64,000 nucleotides of DNA, taken from assembly GCF_001194135.2 (NCBI RefSeq), contig NC_068988.1:48016919-48080918 (forward strand), in the 5' to 3' direction. The notes under the pieces are model-generated. The model was not told the origin of the DNA, did not search any database, and saw only the letters and a program-made list of their open reading frames with translations. The position numbers were made by a program, and so were the translations under genes. Each line of letters starts with the position of its first letter. The stretch's first letter is position 1. This DNA is from Octopus bimaculoides (taxonomy: Eukaryota). Below are positions 36,330 to 50,229 of the stretch, piece after piece.

Positions 36330-37322
36330 ATTCTACTATGATGTCTCATAACAATTATATCCAACTTTTCTCTCAGGGTGCTTACACTCTGTTATGTATG
36401 CACACTGACATTACACATTCAGCGAATCATATTAGCTTCATTTCTTTCAAGCCTACACATGTTCTCAGAAGTCATGGCCCACTCATTCCTTTTCTACAGA
36501 TTGAGCAGGGCCATCCACCTGAAGGGGTTTGTGATTTGTCAGCCTTCCTATTTACCAAGACTTTGGCTTTTGCTAGGTTAACTCTAAGGCCCTTCAATCC
36601 TAGACCTTGCTTCCGCACCCTAAACTTCATCTCTAGTTCTGGCCATGACTCAGCTATTAGAGCAAGGTCATCAGCATAGAGGAGCTCCCAGAGGCAGCCT
36701 GTCTTGAATTCCTCTGTTAATGCCTGGAGGACTATAATGAATAAGAAGGGGCTGAGGACTGATCCTTAGTGAACCCCTACTTCTACCTGGGATTCTTCCT
36801 TATACTTGTTGCCAATCCTCACCTTACTGACAGCATCCCTGTACAGGGCTTGTACAGCTCTTACCAACCACTTGTTTATCCTCAGTTTCTGCATTGACTA
36901 CCAGATAAGGGATCGGAAGATCCTGTCGAAGGCTTTCTCCAAGTCAACAAAAGCCAAGTCCAGAGGTTTATCTTTGGCTAGATGTTTCTCCTGCAGTTGC
37001 CTTACCAGAGATATAGCATAAATGGTGCTTCTGCCTGGCACAAAACCAAGCTGCATCTCTTCTAGGCTAACACTCTCCCAAATTAGTTGGGCTATGACCC
37101 TCTCTGTAACTTTCATCCCCTGATCCAGTAATTTGATATCCCTGTGGTTATTTCTATCTAAAGCATTACTTTTGTAGCAGTTGACTTTGGTGCTGCTACA
37201 CCAGCCATTGGGTATGACTCCTTCATGAACTACCTGATTTATGATGCGGGTGACAAGACCATAACTTACATCACCTGATATTTTAAGCATCTCAGTGGTG
37301 ATTCCTGATGGGCCAGGTGGTA
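36330..37322 (-). mobile_element. RTE-clade LINE reverse transcriptase remnant
   Basis: PGPSGITTEML..GFVPGRST..FVDLEKAFDR..GVH*GSVLSPFLF..LLYADDLALIAES..GLRVNLAK..WPCSICRKG, then RLERNEANMIR*MCNV; stops and an internal deletion. Confidence 0.93.
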
Positions 37323-37814
37323 TCACGTGAACTTTGATGAAAAACATATGAGAAAGATATGGTATATAATTGTTTTTGTGCAGGAGTTCCTTGAGACATG
37401 TAATTTATTTTAAGGGTTGCCCAAGGGTAAAAACGTTGAGAAACGCTAATCTAGATAAATGACCATGTGGGGGTTTCGTACTTGTTGCTGTCATGTTCAT
37501 GACAGTGATAGTTGCAGTAAGAATAGTATTAATGATGGTGACAAAGAAGTTGGGGGGTAGAAGCACCATTACTCAGCAAGAAAGGGATAAGAAAAAAATA
37601 CAGATAAAAACAAATAAAGATAAAACAACACTAAAGGAAAAAAAGATATGAGAAAAGGAAAATTAATGAAAAAAAAAAAGAGTGAAAATAGTTCAGGTGT
37701 ATAAAGTGAAAATAAAAATAAAATTAAAAGAGATGCAATAAGTATATGAAAGTTTTAAAAAGGAAAAGTATTTTTAAAGATAACAACAATAATAAAAAGT
37801 GAAGGGAATACATG

Positions 37815-37872
37815 TGTGTGTATGCATATACCTGTGTGTGTTTGTATGTGTGTGTATGTATGTGCGTGCATA

Positions 37873-37966
<94 letters not shown>

Positions 37967-37975
37967 TATATACAC
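37815..37975. repeat. (TG)n(TA)n(CA)n compound microsatellite
   Basis: Direct reading. Confidence 0.95.
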
Positions 37976-38344
37976 ATAGACACTGTACATACATAAATAT
38001 AAGAAACAAAACAAGTCCTGATTTTTCCTAAAGAATATAATACAAATTGGATTGGTAGAGAATATATAAGAAGGAAAATGGGAAGGCAGGAACAAAACAA
38101 TAGATTTTTGAACAAAACATTCAATAAATCAATGTTTTATATTTACTGTAGTTTACAACGAACAATTACATCCACTCTCTCTCTCTCTCTTCCTCCCTCT
38201 CTCTCTCTCTCAATTTCTCTGGGTGGTGTTGTCTTTTGTGTTTACCTTCATTGCTTATATGTGTGCGTACATGTGTGCATGTCTACATGTGTGCATGTCT
38301 ACATGTGCATGTATTTACGAATGTGTGTGCTTGTACAATTATGT

Positions 38345-38490
38345 GTGCAGGTGTATGTATGATTCTGCAGTTAAGAACTTTACTTCACAACCATTTACTT
38401 TTGGATTATATTACACAGCAAAGCACCTTGGGCAAGTGACATTTGTTATAAACTCTGGCAAAATTTGGTTGATGAAAACTGTTGAATGGT
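38345..38490 (+). mobile_element. SINE family A, degenerate 5' half
   Basis: gcaaagcaccttgggcaagtgacatttgttataaactctggcaaaatttgg. Confidence 0.6.
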
Positions 38491-39439
38491 TACTAAGACT
38501 TTTCATCAAGAGGTGAAGTAACTCAAATGCCTGGAGCAACAGAAAACTTGTATCGTATTTGTCTGAGAGAAAGTAGAGGATGATTATCACATGAAAATGG
38601 TAGTACCTGCCCTCAAGGATCAACAAATGTACTAGCACCAGTTACCAGAATGATAACTGTCCTGGAAGAATCTCTGGAGTACAGGCTAGAATTTGCTGGC
38701 CTTCTTCTCATGTGTGTAGGACTAACTCCTTCCCAACTGCAAAGAAACTAAAAATTGTGTCTCAAAGAAGAGGACTGATTATGCAAACTTAAATCCTTTT
38801 TTGACCAAATATCCCAAAGCACTGTGGAAAGGCTTGCATGACAGGGTCCTCACAGGAAGTACTAAATGAATTACTTGCAGGGTTAAACCCAACAAACTGC
38901 AGGAATCACTACCCCAAAATGTCAATTTTCAAAGGGAAGGTAATGAGTTATTGAAGACAATTTGGCATTGAGCTTGCAAGTCAGAGATACAAGTGAACTT
39001 TAAAAACATAAACAAAAAAAAACTCATTTATGCAGAAAAAGTGGGAGTAAGTTCACTCTTAGCAGACATGGTTATTTTATCCAAAGTATAAAACCATATT
39101 TGTAACTGAATTCGCACTGTTCTGGAAGAACAAATTTGTCATAGTTCACCAAATGAAGAAACCTAATTACCAGGATTTGACACACCAGGGTTTGTCAAAG
39201 AATAGCATGCTACATCATTTCCCTTTGAAGTTAGATGCTTTTCATAATAACATCAGCTACTGCAATTTTCCAGTAAGATCATTGTGCTATTTCTAGTAAA
39301 ATAATTGCTTGGAACTCAAACATCTGATGAAACCTGTTGGAGAGAAAGTCATGGTAGCTGAAAGCAGTTCAAGATAAATAATGCTGAAAAGAGATTGCTG
39401 GCTGGATACTTCAACAGGTGAAGTTTTTGCTGCCCCACT

Positions 39440-39640
39440 CAGACAAGGTAAAGCCCCACTTCAGCCATGAATGACCATGGGACTGCACCTATAAAGTTCC
39501 TCTTCAAGGTACAAGTCTGGGCAAGGTTGTTTTTGTGAAGGGCTAGCAGTCGCCCATGCATACCAGGCTCCCCTCTCTATGCCACCAATGTTATCCAAGG
39601 GAAAAGCAAAGGCCAATACACCAACTCAATTCTGCAGCTG
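39440..39640 (-). mobile_element. 3' part of the SINE family seen at 59930-60245
   Basis: Reverse complement matches 60065-60235. Confidence 0.7.
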
Positions 39641-39677
39641 AGTTAATTGTATATTTACCCACACACATACATATACA

Positions 39678-39721
<44 letters not shown>

Positions 39722-39722
<1 letters not shown>

Positions 39723-39865
39723 TGGGCTTCTTTCAGTTTCTGTCTACCATATCCACTTACATGGCTTTAGTAGAGGTGGGGTACATTTGCGCAAGGAGCC
39801 ATGCAGTGGGATTGAACCCAAGACCACATGGTTGGGAAGTAAACTTCTCAAAAACACAGACATAC
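39722..39865 (-). mobile_element. SINE family A, 5' half
   Basis: gggcttctttcagtttctgtctacc...ccacatggttgggaagtaaacttct. Confidence 0.8.
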
Positions 39866-40144
39866 CTAAAAAGATCAAGAGATGTCGATAAATCTAAATG
39901 TTTTTGTAAATTTATGTACACTTGCCCATGTACACATTGCTCTATATAATGAATCATTTTGGCATATTTGCTCAAAATATGCTTGTTCACACAGAGACAT
40001 ACATATCTATCTATCTCTCTGCCTCTTTTTTGTTGGTCTATCTATCTATTGATCTATCTATCTATCTATTTATCTATGATATGTGTGTATGTCTGTGTAT
40101 ATGTATGCATGAATTCATGCACTTCATACATACTTACATACATG

Positions 40145-40176
<32 letters not shown>

Positions 40177-41096
40177 AGCAATAATATTTAGCTTATAAAT
40201 ATTTTTAAAATATACATATATAAATATGTATGTGTAAATGTGTATGTGCTTCTTTCATGTTCGTTTATGTGGGAAAGTGTTTAGAAATAAGTATGTGTGT
40301 GAGAGCACATTACTTAAGTGAATTAACATGTATAGTATTCCCTGAAATAATTCAATTATATCTGTATATCTGTTATATATCTATATAGCTCTTTCTCACA
40401 CTCACTCTCACTCTCACTCTCTTTATATACATGTGCGTGTTTATGTGAGATTGTTTTTCAGTGATTTCTCAGAGTTTTACCATATACAGTTAAACTCTGT
40501 ATTCCAGACATGTTTACAACATAATCTTTGAACGTGATACTCTGATACGTAACACAATAGAAGGCGCCAAATAGACCAGCCCTTATCTATAAAGCTGATG
40601 TTGAAAGCCTCTATATCAGCAGGAATGTGAAGGAAACCAAATGAAATGATTAAAAATATCATTAAACATCATTCTATCACAACAACCACAGAAGAGAAGA
40701 CTACCAATACCACCACCACCACTACAACCACCACCACAACCACAACCACAACCACCAGACACAGCTTTTACTTATGTACCACTACTCAAATTACCCTACT
40801 TATCTTAATGAGTATCACAATACCAAAATACCCCATCCCTTGTCATACAGATCCCACTCTCTGGTAGGCCTTGCTGCACTTTCATGCTACTAGACAACAG
40901 AAAAACTAAACATCTTGAGAATTTTTCGAAATGTTTCTAAAGCTACCAAGAATATTATTACATTTCTTATGAACGCAAGGCCACATATTTTATGGAGATG
41001 ACATCATCAAATGAACTGATTCCAATGGTTAACTGTTGCTTTATTTTGCCAGCACAGACGGATAAAGCTGTATTGTGGTAATAATTGATTCCAGTA

Positions 41097-41345
41097 CATC
41101 AACGTCATCATCATCATCATCATCAGCATTATTTTAGCATCAATTTTTCCATGCTTGCCCGAGTTGGACTGAGTGTATAGAGGCAGATTTTCTGAAAGCT
41201 GGATGACTTTCCTGTCACCAACATTCATTTTTTTTCTAAGCAAGGTAATATGTACCTTTGTCCAGACATGATTTTGCAGAATATTGAGAAGGAAGGACTC
41301 TGCCGGTATGGAAGGGGCACTCATTTCCAACAATCATGTGCTGTC
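41097..41345 (-). mobile_element. SINE family C-related with (GAT)n tail
   Basis: catcatcatc...ttttccatgcttgcccgagttggactg...gatgactttcctgtcaccaac. Confidence 0.65.
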
Positions 41346-41394
41346 AAAATAGGTTTGCACATACACACACACACACGAGCATACGTATATATGC

Positions 41395-41560
41395 ATGAGG
41401 TTTCTTTCAGTTTCCATTTACCAAATCCACTCATAAGGTTTTGATCAGCTTGAAGCTATAGTAGAAGACACCTGCAAAATGTGTCGTGCAGGAAAACTGA
41501 ACTTGAAACCATGTAGTTGGGAAACAAACTTCCTAATCACTCACCCATAACTGTATCCAT
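41395..41560 (-). mobile_element. SINE family A, 5' half
   Basis: tttctttcagtttccatttaccaaatccactcataagg...gggaaacaaacttcct. Confidence 0.8.
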
Positions 41561-41899
41561 GTAAAAGAATATAGCTAAATAGAAGGTAGTATTTTGCATG
41601 CTTGTCTATCAATTCAGTCACTAGCCTTCCCTTTACCAAATCTGTCATCTAAACACCACACAACCAGCTTATATAATTCTCTGCTATCATTATATATCCT
41701 CAATCCTTTTATAATAGGGTGCTCCACAGTTCAGTTATTGAAGAAGTTGATGTTACCATCTAATTTCCTGTGATTCATAAAATAAAGTATCAATTAAACA
41801 TTGGGCCTGATATAAGTCAATATATCACTTTTCCATCCACCAAATTTGAATTAAGTTAGAAATCAAAATGTATGTATTCAGTTATTTTTTTCTTGCCTT

Positions 41900-42335
41900 T
41901 AACCCTCCAACACAGAGTATAGGCCACTTATAACTGAATTCCATGTTGCATAATTTTTCGCTTCTGTACTTATACTCTGCTATGAATGTCCCCCTTTCTC
42001 TAGTTCCTTTTGTGTTGATCTACACCATGAGTTCTTAGGCCTACCCCTCTTTAATATATCCATCTGGATTCCACTGTAAAACACTTTTCGCTACATTTGG
42101 TGTGTCTTTTCTAATTGTGCTACCAATCCACTTCCACTTTTTCTTAAATATTTGCTCCCTAATCGAAACTTGATTTGTTCTTTGCTATAGATCCATATTG
42201 CTTATGTGTTCAGGCCATCTAATTTTAAGTATATTATGCAAGCATCTGTTGATGAATGATTGTATTTGCTTATTTGACTTAACTGTTGTTCGCCATGTCT
42301 CAGCCCCATACAATAACACCACTTTTACGTTATTC
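41900..42335 (-). mobile_element. RTE-clade LINE ORF C-terminal remnant
   Basis: NVKVVLLYGAETWRTT..IQSFINRCLHNILKIRWPEHISN.DL*QRTNQ..KKKWKWIGSTIRK..VLQWNPDG..RGRPKNSW. Confidence 0.9.
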
Positions 42336-42604
42336 AGTATTATGTATTCAGTATTATGGGGTTAAAGTAATGGAATACAGACTAGAGAAGCATAAGTCTG
42401 AATCATACAACACCACTGTTTGTTTTCCTTTCAAGTAAAGTACATCACAATGATGGCTCCAGAATGCTACCCTGTCTAAGTTATGGCAGCTTTGGGGGAG
42501 AAAAAACAAAGTAAAAAATAAACCATTCCATTGAATGCATTCCTTTAGAACAGTACTGAGTATATCCCTTGGTTTCTGACAACAATTATCTTCCGTTTTC
42601 ATTT

Positions 42605-42780
42605 ATCATCTATTACTTGTTTCAGTCATTGGACTGCAGCCTTACTGGGGTACAACTTTGAAGGGTTTACAACCCCAGTATTTATTTTTTAAAACCTGAT
42701 ATTTATTCTGTTAGTTGCCTTTGCTGTATTGCTAGGTTATGGAGAAGTTAACAAACTAACACAATTTGTCAAGCAGTGAG
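42605..42780 (-). mobile_element. SINE family A, 3' half
   Basis: ttacttgtttcagtcattggactgcagcc...gctaggttatggagaagttaac. Confidence 0.7.
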
Positions 42781-43854
42781 GTGACATAAAAAGAAAACTA
42801 TACACACATATACATACAGCCATCTGAGTACACACACACATGCACATATTCATATACATACATACAATTATGTTTGAAAGCAATCAACAAATGATTTCAT
42901 TTATATATATATATATATATAGACTTAGAAATATTAATAACTCTATTTCTGAAAACCAGTGGATAGATTCCACTGAAATTAGATAAATAACCTTCGATCA
43001 GATAGTCAGCAGCGCCGCCTGGCTACGGCTTGGCTGCTCTGCATTGACAAGGGGCAACACCCTGAAACTAGTCTGCAGATGCCAAACCAGCAGGGGGACA
43101 CTGCTGACCTCCCCTGTTCGAAGGTTATAAAGGACACAGGTTNNNNNNNNNNNNNNNNNNNNNNNNNNNNNNNNNNNNNNNNNNNNNNNNNNNNNNNNNN
43201 NNNNNNNNNNNNNNNNNNNNNNNNNNNNNNNNNNNNNNNNNNNNNNNNNNNNNNNNNNNNNNNNNNNNNNNNNNNNNNNNNNNNNNNNNNNNNNNNNNNN
43301 NNNNNNNNNNNNNNNNNNNNNNNNNNNNNNNNNNNNNNNNNNNNNNNNNNNNNNNNNNNNNNNNNNNNNNNNNNNNNNNNNNNNNNNNNNNNNNNNNNNN
43401 NNNNNNNNNNNTATATATATATATTTATGTATGTATGTATGTATGTATGTATGTATGTATGTATGTATGTATGTTTTGCAAGAGCAGGGATTCAAAATAT
43501 CTAACTGTTTACATAAAGCTCCTCACCAAGAGCATGGCTGTTAAGAAAAACTGAATATATTTCTTGTCTGAGATATATAATGAGATTGCTTGCTATCTGC
43601 TGTAGAGTTAATGTTTTAACCTACCATGAAGTGTTCTGAAGAGTAGTCTGTTAGTTATATTATGTCACACTTACCACGTTGAGTCAAAAGTTTTTTCAGA
43701 TATTCACTAATCATTTCTGGCAACTTGTATCCTCAGGTTATATCATTAATTTGATACAACTTTTTGTCCAATCGTTACTGAATTGTTTATTTTTCATTTC
43801 CATGCATGACATATAAACTATAATCATTTATTCTTGATTTCACAACTTTGGTAA

Positions 43855-44195
43855 TGAGTAGTGCAAAAATTTGCTATTAGAGCTACATTAAGTTATCTGT
43901 GGAAAAAAGGACAGAGGGAAAGAGCAGAGGCAAAGGAAATTAATGCGGCAAAAGCTCCAGGAACTGTAATGAAATTGTGACACACGACAAGTTCAGACAT
44001 TTCAAGAAAGGTGACACCAGCCTCTGAGTGAAATCAGTGAAATCTGTGTTGTAGAAGATGAAGCTCTGCTTGAAATGGTTGAAAAGCCAAGCACTCATAC
44101 ATTGTCAGCAGAATTTAGTCCTTCACAGACACCATCAATCATAAGCTCAGTCTTGTGAACAGAAGCCATCAAAAAGCTCGTCATGAACTGACCAA
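43855..44195 (+). mobile_element. mariner-like transposase N-terminal remnant
   Basis: KFAIRATLSYLWKKG..AKEINA..GTV / NEIVTHDKFRHFKKGDTSL / EALLEMVEKPSTHTLS / RHELTNDQ parallels the mariner HTH domain and VPHELT motif; frameshifted. Confidence 0.7.
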
Positions 44196-44264
44196 TGACC
44201 AGCACATTGGACTATACATTCAGCAGTATTTTTTCTAGAACCATGTTCTTTCTGAGTACATATC

Positions 44265-44395
44265 AAGTCAAATTTACTTATTAGCCTTCTGGGTCAATAA
44301 AATAAAGTACCAGTCAGAGACTGGTACTTTATTTAATGTAATTGACTTGCTTCCTCCACTCAAATTGCTGGCATTTTGTCAAAATCAGTAAGAAT
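44265..44395 (+). mobile_element. SINE family B, 3' part
   Basis: ggtcaataaaataaagtaccagtc...gtaattgacttgcttcctccactcaaattgctggc. Confidence 0.6.
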
Positions 44396-44769
44396 TATTA
44401 ATATCATGTCTCCGATGCACTCTAATATAACAGAAATATATAAACATAAAGTTATGTTATGATTGTGAAATTGATCGAGATGATATTATGATGGTTATGA
44501 TGATGATAATGATGGTGGCATGGTGGCAGTGGAAATGGTTATGATGAGAATGATGGTGATGATTACGACGATGATGACAAGGAGAAGAAGTGATGAATGG
44601 AGAAGGAAATTGAGAAGTAGGGTGAGAAAACACACAGAGAGTTGACAATACAGATGTTTCCCTCATTCTATTGTTATGGTACGTCTAATTAATAGCAAAA
44701 TAGATGTGAGAAATATTAAAAAAAAACAAAAGAGAAATGAAATAAAGATATACTAAAAAAAAGACAAGA

Positions 44770-45287
44770 AACATATAAACACACACACACACACACACAC
44801 GTCTATGTATATNNNNNNNNNNNNNNNNNNNNNNNNNNNNNNNNNNNNNNNNNNNNNNNNNNNNNNNNNNNNNNNNNNNNNNNNNNNNNNNNNNNNNNNN
44901 NNNNNNNNNNNNNNNNNNNNNNNNNNNNNNNNNNNNNNNNNNNNNNNNNNNNNNNNNNNNNNNNNNNNNNNNNNNNNNNNNNNNNNNNNNNNNNNNNNNN
45001 NNNNNNNNNNNNNNNNNNNNNNNNNNNNNNNNNNNNNNNNNNNNNNNNNNNNNNNNNNNNNNNNNNNNNNNNNNNNNNNNNNNNNNNNNNNNNNNNNNNN
45101 NNNNNNNNNNNNNNNNNNNNNNNNNNNNNNNNNNNNNNNNNNNNNNNNNNNNNNNNNNNNNNNNNNNNNNNNNNNNNNNNNNNNNNNNNNNNNNNNNNNN
45201 NNNNNNNNNNNNNNNNNGTGTGTGTACGCGTGTGTAGGTGTGCATATATATATGTATATATATGCATATATTTATATAATATATGTG

Positions 45288-45345
<58 letters not shown>

Positions 45346-45388
45346 CAAATATAAACATACATATATACATGTGTGTGCGTGTGTGTGT

Positions 45389-45425
<37 letters not shown>

Positions 45426-45727
45426 TGTGCATATCTTTTGCTGAGAAGGAGAGGAGTTAATGACATTCACAAGTGGTATGGGTTGATTTGCAGAAAAACA
45501 AACGATTAGTATATGTAAATGAGAGGAAATCCAATACATATATATATATACATACATATGCACACATACAAAATCACACACACACACACACACACACGTA
45601 TATATATGTATATATATATAGTGTTATTTCTCTCTCATAAGTAAAATAGCTATAATATACTAATTAAGCAAACTGGTGTACCAGTTTATGCCTCCTGGAT
45701 ACTGTTATGCTGCTGTAGTTATTGCTT

Positions 45728-45765
<38 letters not shown>

Positions 45766-46060
45766 ATTGTTTTCTGCAAAACAATATTTGGAAGAAATAA
45801 AAAGTAAAAAGTGGTTCTTTGAGGGAGTTGATTGAATAAGAGAATAAGCGAATGACTGAATAATGGTAACGGGAATTGCTGGAAGGCAACCAAACACCAC
45901 CAACAATATAAAGTGATTAATGTATATGCATATGTAGATGTGGGTTAGTGTACGTGCATACATGTATATGTATATATATTTGTGTGTATGTGTGTGTGTG
46001 TGTGTAGATGTGGTATGTATATATATATATATAGATGGATAGATATACATATATAAATAT

Positions 46061-46099
<39 letters not shown>

Positions 46100-46130
46100 N
46101 NNNNNNNNNNNNNNNNNNNNNNNNNNNNNN

Positions 46131-46174
<44 letters not shown>

Positions 46175-46185
46175 GCATGTGTGTG
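44770..46185. repeat. Microsatellite-rich block (CA, TA, TG, TTG) with gaps
   Basis: Direct reading. Confidence 0.9.
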
Positions 46186-46194
46186 GGAGAAAGT

Positions 46195-46430
46195 AAGAGG
46201 GGTGAATATTTATGCTTGCCTTTCCCTGTCTTGATATTGCACGGTTGTTGTAAATGATTGTCATTCGTTTCCAGTGTTCTCCAAAACATGCCTGACCATG
46301 GGGCAACATTACATTGCTTGGAAAAAGGTGAGGGTTGGTAAAAGGAAAGGTCTCCAGCCATTGTAAACCTACCTTACTAAACACTGACCAACCCATGTAA
46401 AGCATGGGAAAGTGAACATTAAAACAATGC
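46195..46430 (-). mobile_element. SINE family C-related
   Basis: Reverse complement of the element at 41097-41345. Confidence 0.55.
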
Positions 46431-46461
46431 TGTGAATCATCAGATATGTTTAATTTTTGGA

Positions 46462-46464
<3 letters not shown>

Positions 46465-46493
<29 letters not shown>

Positions 46494-46765
46494 GAGAGAG
46501 AGAGCAGTGCATGCCATCAAAGTGACACTGGGGTAAAATATACAAAGCCCATTATACCCATTATGACTACCCGTCTGATAAGGGTACACCAGGCACATCT
46601 CCTTTAGCTCCTCCTCAGTCCACTTCAAGATTCCAGTGCCATACCAAATTACTGTGACTGCACACAAGTTTATTGCCAAAATTATGTTTCTGGCATTCAG
46701 TTTTGAAGCCAGTATTTTCTCACTCACTGCAGGTACTCTCTTTTTGTCTTTTCCTTCCGGCCATG
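46465..46765 (-). mobile_element. R4/Dong-like (RLE-type) LINE fragment fused to a 3' end with (TAA)n tail
   Basis: KEKTKREYLQ*V.KILASKLNARNIILAINLCAVTVIWYGTGILKWTEEELKEM matches the R4-clade post-RT motif, then jumps to a UTR-like segment ending in aataataat. Confidence 0.7.
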
Positions 46766-47120
46766 GTGTTTGATTCCATCTGCCTCAAGTATTGCCAGGT
46801 ATTTATTTATAGCTGGATTGAGATTGAATTGCCTCCATCTCCCCCAAAATTTTGGGCCTTGTGCCTATAGTAGAAAAGATTATTATTATCATGGCTGGAT
46901 TCCAGGATGCCAAACTGGGCCACAACAAAGTCTACTAGCCACACTTCTCAGTCCACCATCACTACCTCAAGGTCCTGTATACGTTCCTGGCCAGTGTCTG
47001 TGATCTGGTGTGGAAAGGAAACTTACATCAACCGTGTCCTAGGTGGTGGATAGGGGAAAGGCTTTCAGATATGAAGGTTAACTGTGAATATAAAAAGAAA
47101 CAGTCCTTGATCAAACATAC

Positions 47121-47232
47121 CTAGAAGAGTAAACCTCAATGATAAAAATCCCAACCTTGAATTGCAGTGAATGCAAGATTCCACAAACTCATTCTTTGGA
47201 TCTGCCAGTTTCTGCTTCACCCAAAAGAGATC
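47121..47232 (-). CDS. Candidate exon DLFWVKQKLADPKNEFVESCIHCNSRLGFLSLRFTLL, unidentified
   Basis: Acceptor ttcctcattcgtagtaacag, donor TAG|gtatgt, open phase 0 to 1. Confidence 0.3.
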
Positions 47233-47699
47233 CTGTTACTACGAATGAGGAAATGCAATCTACAGGAGGAATATATGATCCTTGTCAGAATTATTGAAAG
47301 GCCAAAATTTTAAATCAGGCAGTTTGTTGTGTCCTTGAGCAAGGTATATCATTTCATGCAGCTGTAGTCTATTCAGGTGAAAATGAGTACCACCCAATGG
47401 CGATTATACAACTCGTTCCCTCTTCCTGTCACATCCTTGATGTCAAGTGTGGGAGAGTCAAGAGGTCTTCTCTGGTCATACTTGATTGCAAGTGACAGCT
47501 AAGCTTTGTGTGTGTATTGCTTTATGTGTTGTACAGATCTTGTCATAAAGTAGAGCTCACTGTTTGTATTGAGTGCTTCTTCTATTTGTTATTAGCATTG
47601 TATATAAAGATTCTCACACACCAACACATGCACACAGACACAGGCATGCAAGCACATATCTTTCTGTTTATATAGCTATCACCAACTATCACTCTCTCT

Positions 47700-47839
47700 C
47701 TCTGTCTCTCCCTGTGTTTCTCTCTTCTCTCTCTCTCTATATATAATATATATACGTATGTATATATGTATGTTTGTATGTATGTATGTATGTGTGTATG
47801 TATGTATGTATGTATGTGTGTATGTATGTATGTATGTAT

Positions 47840-47890
<51 letters not shown>

Positions 47891-47964
47891 CTATCAATAT
47901 ATAAAAAAATCCACACACAAACACACACACTTATACATTTATGCATATATANNNNNNNNNNNNN

Positions 47965-48017
<53 letters not shown>

Positions 48018-48065
48018 TATGTATATATATATAATATATATGTATGTATGTATAATATGTGTATG
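47700..48065. repeat. (TATG)n/(CT)n/(TA)n/(AG)n compound microsatellite
   Basis: Direct reading. Confidence 0.9.
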
Positions 48066-48914
48066 TGCACACATACAGGCACAGAAACGTATATAAATTT
48101 AATGAAATTCAAAACATTTTGTTGGCAATAATGGATGGGTATGTAACAACAGTCGATAGTATAATGTTATTGTTAGTCAAGCATTTAATTCCATAGATTT
48201 TATACATCGCTTGATGAAACTAATCATGACAGCTTCTAACATATTTCACACTTGAACAGATTTTTGAGAAATTAGGGTCATTAATTGGTCCAAATTTCCT
48301 TGTTGATCTGAATAAACTTTGGTTTCCATGTCACCCTATTGAAGGACATCATTGTGACTAAAATATAGGGAAGAGAATAATAGAGGAGTTGGATCTCTTT
48401 TACTCGATTATCTCAATGCGTGTTCTATTTTCAAAACAAATCCAAATCTGATTAATTTTGGCAGTGCTCTCTCTCCTATTTATTTCAAATCCACACTGTT
48501 GAGAGGTTTATATTGGACTAAAGCTTCTATGTAGATATTGGACTGTTTGAGTCAAAATAGTGCATTGACAGCATATTCTTGAATGAGCCAGTGTGAAAGT
48601 TTTAATAAGGTCATTTGATCTGCTAAATGTAATAGCCATTTCTTTCCTCAAATTACTCTCTAACAACTTAAATAAAGAAATATACCATACATATTGTATT
48701 AATCCACTTTCTTTTCATCCTCCTCATCATAACCATTCTTTTTATATCTACTTTTCCATGTTTGCATGAGTCAGACATGAGTATGTTGGGACAGGGTTTT
48801 CTATGGCAGGATATCCTTCCTATCACCAGCCTCACTTAAATCCAAGAGAAATTTTCGATATGTTGATATACAAACATAAGTTATGATGAATGAGGTTGAA
48901 GACCCTTTAATATT

Positions 48915-49290
48915 CTTTTTTTCTTTACTTGTTTCAGTCATTTGGCTGTGACAATGTTGGACAAATCAACCCCAGGACTTATTCTTTGTAAGCCTAGTAC
49001 TTATTCTATCGGTCTCTTTTGCCGAACCGCTAAGTTATGGGGACGTAAACACACCAGCATCGGTTGTCAAGCGATGGTGGGAGTGGGGGGACAAACACAG
49101 ACACACAATCATATACACACACACATATACATGCATACATATATATATATATATATATGTATACGATGGGCTTCTTTCAGTTTCCGTCTACCAAATCCAC
49201 TCACAAGGCTTTGGTCGGCCTGAGGCTATAGTAGAAGACACTTGCCCAAGGTGCCACGCAGTGGGACTAAACCCAGAACCATGTGCTTGA
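48915..49290 (-). mobile_element. SINE family A, near full length and well preserved
   Basis: Reverse complement is close to 6459-6875, with CpGs retained. Confidence 0.92.
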
Positions 49291-50229
49291 AGAAAACAAA
49301 GTGTAACATCCATTTCTAGATGTCTCTTGTGGCTGGTATTGGCAAAACAATTATACTGTAATTTTCAAGTATGGGTAAGATTATTTTCTATAGGAAGCAG
49401 AAGAAATGGAGGATTTGGAATTGGTTGTTCATCTGAGTGAGGGCAACATTCTTTTTTCTCTTTCAGATGAATAGTCAGTCTTGAAAAAGTCCAGTGTCTT
49501 TTCCCCACTGTGTACATAGTAATCTAAATTCATGAACTTCATTGGATAATCGGTTGAGATGCACTGTGGCTGAATGGTTAAGAAGTTGTTTCTAACCATG
49601 AAGTTCAAAGTTCTATTCTACTGTGTGGTATATGGCACAAGTGTCTTTTACTATAACCTTAGGTTGACCCTTCTTTTGTGTGTGTGAAGTTGTGTAGACA
49701 GAAAACACATGGAAACCTGTCACCTAGATTGTAGCGGTAATTCAAACGCTGAGCTTGAACATCACAGTAATGTATTGGTTCTGCATGAGAAATATATTTT
49801 GGAGTACACAAAGCTGAGGAATACTCAGCCATTTATATGCTAATTTAATATGCATAGTTGTTCAGTTAACTGAACAACCGAACACTCATTGTTGGAAATT
49901 TCAACTAAGATCCATTTCACTACATAATCAATACCTAGAATTGATTTGTTATCTATGGGACATTGACGTGATGGTATTTGATGCCTATTATCATTGTTAT
50001 GGCTACAGTCATATCTGACTGGTGAGATATTTGCTAAGTACAGACATTGTAATGGATCCTCTGTCAGTTTCAACAGAGAGTATTCAGTTGTTTAATCACC
50101 TGTACTCCCTACTCATTAAATTAATGTGTAAGAAGTTGAGTATTTTACATATACGAACCCCTTAACATAATTCCCGGCAGAGCTAGTGTAAAACATGTAA
50201 AACAATGTGACAAGATTGTTCTTTAATAT

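Noticed and set aside
37724-38124. HT-, YI-, CV- and poly-T/V/S-rich ORFs throughout the window
   Set aside because: They are translations of di- and trinucleotide microsatellites
46890-47000. Gypsy integrase zinc-finger-like peptide GCQTGPQQSLLATLLSPPSLPQGP
   Set aside because: Short and low-complexity; the HHCC residues are not evident
49440-49495. Strong plus-strand acceptor ttttttctctttcag
   Set aside because: All three frames stop within 6 codons
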